The notes below the pieces were generated by a model. The model was not told the origin of the DNA. It did no database searches and worked only from the letters and a program-made list of their open reading frames with translations. The translations under genes were made by a program, and so were the position numbers. A DNA stretch of 64,000 nt from Podarcis tiliguerta. Lineage: Eukaryota. Shown one piece after another: positions 59,202-64,000 of this stretch. How positions within the stretch are numbered: the stretch's first letter is position 1; every line of letters begins with the position of its first letter. Location of the stretch: the NCBI GenBank assembly GCA_965153285.1, contig OZ229115.1, one strand, 5' to 3'.

Positions 59202-61075
59202 TTATATCCCTCTAAGTTCTACTTAGAGTAGACACATTGAAATTAATGGACCTACGTTAGTAGTGTCCATAATTTCAAGGGGTCTACTCCAAGTAGGACT
59301 AACACTAGATACAACCTAATACAACCTGCAAGAAAAGACACAGGAACATAAAATTGTTCAAATATGAACAAATGGATTAAAAGTTTGAAAAATCTTTCTG
59401 CTTTTCCAGACACTATTAAGTCTTGGTACTTATGCCGTCTGCTCCTGGTATGCTGCTGTAAGTTAGACAGCAAATTAGAACATAACTGAATCCAGAAAAC
59501 ATATTCAATAGCTACAGCCAGCCATACCATGCATAGTCAAGAAAACAAAAACTAATGACCTCTTAATAATAGCTGGCAAGTATTTTTTTAAAAAATCTTT
59601 ATGGAATAGAAAAGAATACAATACACCTAAAATACATAAAAGTCAACTCACCAGAATAGCAGCTGAACAATACTGGCCAATAATAAGTGTGATATTAGAG
59701 GCAGAATGTCATATATATGCTTCTCAAAATTAGGGGTGTATGAGGAGATTATAACAAAATTAATGTTTTCGCCTTTGCACTGTGTTCTCTCCTCCCCAAA
59801 CAACTTGGGAACAATCCCTCCTGGCAGGAGGAAAAGGTGATGAGGATAAAAATGCCTCTGAAATGCCCCTCCCTATCAAACAAAACAACTTGGGAACAAT
59901 CAAGGAAAAGGAGCTAATAATGATGATAGTAGTACTGGTAAGTCATAATGGTAATGATGACGATGATAACGCCTCTGCCCTGCCCTGCCCATTGGGAAAA
60001 AGCCGGGAAAAGGTGATGATATTGATAATAATGATGCCACACCACACCCAAGAACTTTGGAACAACCAGGAAAAAGGTGATAATGATGATGGCGATAATG
60101 ATGATCATTATGCTCTACACTGGACTTCCGCCCTCCCCAAACCACTTTGGAACAAACAGGCAAGGTGGAGAGCTTAAAAGTTTTTTATGTGCCAGGTAAC
60201 TCCAAGTGAGCCTGCCGCAAAAAGAGCTTTTAAGCTCTCCACCTGGCTTGGATTTATCTTGCACAATACCAACCAGCCTGCTTTCAACAATGTATGGTTA
60301 AAATCATGCAAATTAAATGAGTGTTAGATGCAACTGTACACAATCTGTGGCTGTACTTACAAAATTATGACTATTCAATGAATCAACTGGTTCTAAAGAT
60401 TCTGAACCTGTGTTTACCGAGAGGCATTTATACATTTTTTTAAAAAGTGATTCTTATGTAATTGTGAAACAAATAAATTATCTGGAGCACTGGATGTACT
60501 TCGTAACAGAATGCACCAATGTTCAACTACTTATTTTGTGGTTCTCTATATTCATTTTAAACATGTATTAAACATCTGCAAAATGGCCAAAGACACAAAA
60601 AACCGATTAGCAAAATCTCGCACAAGAACTCCTACACCACCAGAATAGCATGCAATAAGCCTGATGTTATGTCATGCATGGCTAAGAATGTAGCAACTAA
60701 ATTTAGAAAATCCTGAAGGAATCTACACAGCAGCTGCAACCTACCCTGGTCTTAAACTGGAGTCTGAAGAGCCAAAAGAATAAAAGACTGGAAAGCACAA
60801 ATGTTAATCGTTTTAAATCTACTTTAGTCTTTTGAACAGAAGAGAGTAATGGCAGCCAACATAGCTAGATAAGGAGATGCAATACAGAAGACAGGAGCAT
60901 CCTTTAAATACTTTGTTACTTCATTTTCACTGTTAATGAAACTTTTGAAACACACAGCAGCAAACTTCAACAGTACCATCACTGAATTGTCAGAACCATC
61001 TGTTTTCATAATCTTTGTATCACCATTTGTCCAAACTGCAAAATAAATATGGAGGGGGGGGGACCCTTAATTCAC

Positions 61076-61264
61076 CTGGTGCAATTTTGCCATCCTGTGC
61101 AGCTGGTCCATCTTTCAGTACATTCTTCACCTGCAGAAACTCATCTGGTCTGTCTCCACCAATGATTGTGAAGCCAAAGCCCATATTGCTTTTCTTCAAT
61201 GATGTCCGTATGAGTGCTCCTATCAACTGGGATGGGTCTCGGGTGAAGAGAGACTTCACTGGTT
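61076..61264 (-). CDS. MAGI3: MAGI3 PDZ exon ([14 protein letters not shown]...[19 protein letters not shown]...GKIAP)
   Basis: ctgcag / GTGAAT boundaries, 189 nt; upstream exons lie outside the window. Confidence 0.96.
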
Positions 61265-62512
61265 CTGCAGCCAAGCAAAAGGGTTCCCCATATAGTCATT
61301 CAATAATTGGGGCTGCAGCTAAAGCTAGCTAATATAGCAGTAATACACAATTTAACAAGAAAATGACTGCAAGAATAGTCAAATAAAAGCAACGAAGGAG
61401 ATGCAGGGGAAAATATAACATTTGGAATAAGATTAGAAATAAATCTTCATAGCAGAAATCAAATGTGAAGTCATAACCAATGACTTCTGTGGGGGGGGGG
61501 GGAGCCAAGCTAAGTATGGACTTGCCTTTATCTGGTTAAAAGGATAATGTTAAGAAAGAAAAGAACCTTTTGAGTTTCATGTTAACACAAAAGACAACTG
61601 GAGATTATGACTGTTCCAGTTATCTTATGTTTGTTGCCAGCAGTATGGCTAGGCCATAACTGTTTATCAAATGCTGTGATTAGAACTGAAGGCAGGAACC
61701 AGAGGACCCGAAGCCACACACTTGCTGCTCCATCTTCATCCTGTGTCCAGATAGCCAAATCACTGTCTGTCCATCCACACTATGGAGTGGCCAAGCTGAT
61801 TACAACAAATGGTTTCAGGATGCCTTAAGCTCATTATGCAGCTATAAGACCACCAATTTGTTTCAACTGCAGAGATTGTTTTAAATATACAGCACAGCAA
61901 TACTGTCTTATGGGGTACTAATGCACACCTATGACAATGTGTGTATAAAACATAAAGCCTTCAAATGGAGGCAGTGTCATTTGCATATTTTGCAAATTGT
62001 CAGGATGTGTGTTGAAAATGTAATTATTATTTGTCTTTAAACATTTTACACACACATCATGTCTGTAGGACAAAGCTTCTATATACAAATGGGGACCTCC
62101 AGATAATGTTGGACTCCAACTCCCAACAGCCCCAACTGAGGGGGGTTTAGCATGAGGGATCTTTGAATGGGAAACCAAAGGAAGCCTCAGCTTCACTTTC
62201 AAGCAGCAGTAATAGCAGCAGATGGCACATCCTGCATTCACCAACAAAAGCTTGGTGGCCTGCCTGCTAATGGCCCTTAGATACATAGTATTGCACATAA
62301 ACGTTCTTATAGATAAATAAGCTACAAAAATAAACACAAACCACTCATTGGTGAGATTAATAAAGTAGTACTTAATGGTTTGAAAATATTTTTTAAAATA
62401 TCTGTTAAAATTAACTGACAATTCTTTCCCTGTGTGATAATGAAAGCTAACATGGCTATGTTCAACATGTAGTTCTTGATTAATTTACTGCAGATTTCAG
62501 CAGACTCTCCTA

Positions 62513-62650
<138 letters not shown>

Positions 62651-62779
62651 TCAGTGAAAATTTAATTGTGAAATATTTTTCATAAAATACTTCATAAAAA
62701 GGCCCACCCAAGTGGCCCATTCTCCTGTAGAACAATTATTTTTGTTTCTGGAATCAACAATGAGAAGCAAATATCGAGT

Positions 62780-63450
62780 ATTAGCAATCATGAGCCAAAG
62801 TTAGGGTGAACTGGTCAAGCTCAGAAGAGTTTGTAATATACTAAGGCATGGAATAAGACTGTCCAAGTTTCCCTTGCGTTTGCTCTCTTCTTTAGCTATT
62901 GTTAATCAACAGCCCTAAAAAAAGGGGGGGGGTAATAAACGGAATACAGCGCAATGTTAGTCCTTTCGCTGATGATATGGAACTTTTATTTAAAGACCCT
63001 TTAGTAGCACTACTGGAAGCATTTGCTACACTTTGAAATTATGGCACTATAGCAGGGTTGCAGTTAACCATTTTTAAGTCTGACATACTTTATGTGAGAG
63101 TGAATCTGATGATGCAGTATCAGATCAGACACCTATTAGGCTTCATGTTATGTCCCTGGCAGATTAAATATCTCAGAGTTTACTTAACCAATAACTTGTC
63201 ACACTTAACAAGAGTCAATTCTGCACCACTGCTGAGTCAAATCAGGAAGAATCTTAAATCCTGGCTGAGGTTAAACCAATCATGGCTAGGGGGGACATTG
63301 CAACTGTTAAAATTTCTTTTTTGCTACGCTTCCCTTTCTTATTCCAAACCCTGCTGGTTCCAAACTTATTCCAGTTTAAGGCTGGCAGTTGTTGTTAAAT
63401 AGATTTATTCATGGGGGCAAGAAGGCAAGGATGAGAAATAAGGTGGATCT
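62780..63450 (+). mobile_element. Degenerate L1-clade LINE ORF2 fragment
   Basis: FADDM at about 62965 and IKYL...N..PLL..I...LKSW..L..SWLG motif; stops and frameshifts. Confidence 0.75.
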
Positions 63451-64000
63451 GCAATGTGGATCAAGAAACCAATTACATCACTGTCAAATTAGAGAAAATT
63501 TAAAATTGTTTGTAGACCACCCCTTTAGAATTGTCAATATGTGGGTGTCATTTATTCAGATGTAGTGGCTATGTCTGGCAGTACATGTCTTTTTGGTTTC
63601 TGTCCATTCTAAAATAGTGTGCATTTTAGGGATGAAATGGGTAACGACTCTCCCTCTAGCTCTATTAAGCATTTTTGATGGTCCTAATCAAGATTTATTC
63701 TACAAAGAGCTGATACTGTTCCTGATTATTGCAGCTCCGTTAGAAATAGTCTATTAGTGGATTACTCTCTTAGGTATTGTGCTTAATAACTGCTATAACT
63801 GAGTGTGAACAGTACTGATTGATGAGAAACTTATGAGTTGTTTAAAAAACTCAAGGCTAAGCTAACAGAGATAAATTCACTTTTTTATTGTTTTTGTTTA
63901 TTCCGTATATCAAAAGACAAAAGCAAGAATCAAGACCCTTTTGAACACATGGTCATTTATAAAAGGACTCAGACATTTAACTCATACATGGCTTACATGT

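Noticed and set aside
61918-62421. 167-aa minus-strand ORF
   Set aside because: AT-rich intronic sequence spanning a MITE remnant; no similarity to MAGI3 or any recognisable domain.

Overview
Vertebrate genomic DNA, most likely a squamate (lacertid-like repeat content). It holds the 3' parts of two convergent, tail-to-tail genes. On the + strand are the last 13 coding exons of PHTF1 (848 to stop at 14646, 3' UTR probably to about 16125), including one GC-AG intron. On the - strand is the C-terminal part of MAGI3 (five PDZ domains; 13 exons from 61264 down to the stop at 20516, plus a stop-containing alternative exon at 22817-22729; 3' UTR probably to about 16660). All exon phases chain without frameshift. 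Introns carry typical reptile repeats: L2, CR1 and L1 fragments, tRNA- and 5S-derived SINEs, hAT and Tc1/mariner MITEs, a solo LTR and microsatellites. I found no evidence of an entirely new gene system. The most interesting signals concern MAGI3 isoform control: a candidate extra C-terminal exon ending in a class I PDZ-binding motif (ETVM), a candidate sterically mutually exclusive 28-nt microexon, a duplicated in-frame splice donor, an intronic poly(A) signal after the large internal exon, and an Rbfox-flanked stop exon positioned to escape NMD. Gene identities come from recalled protein similarity, not from a database search.
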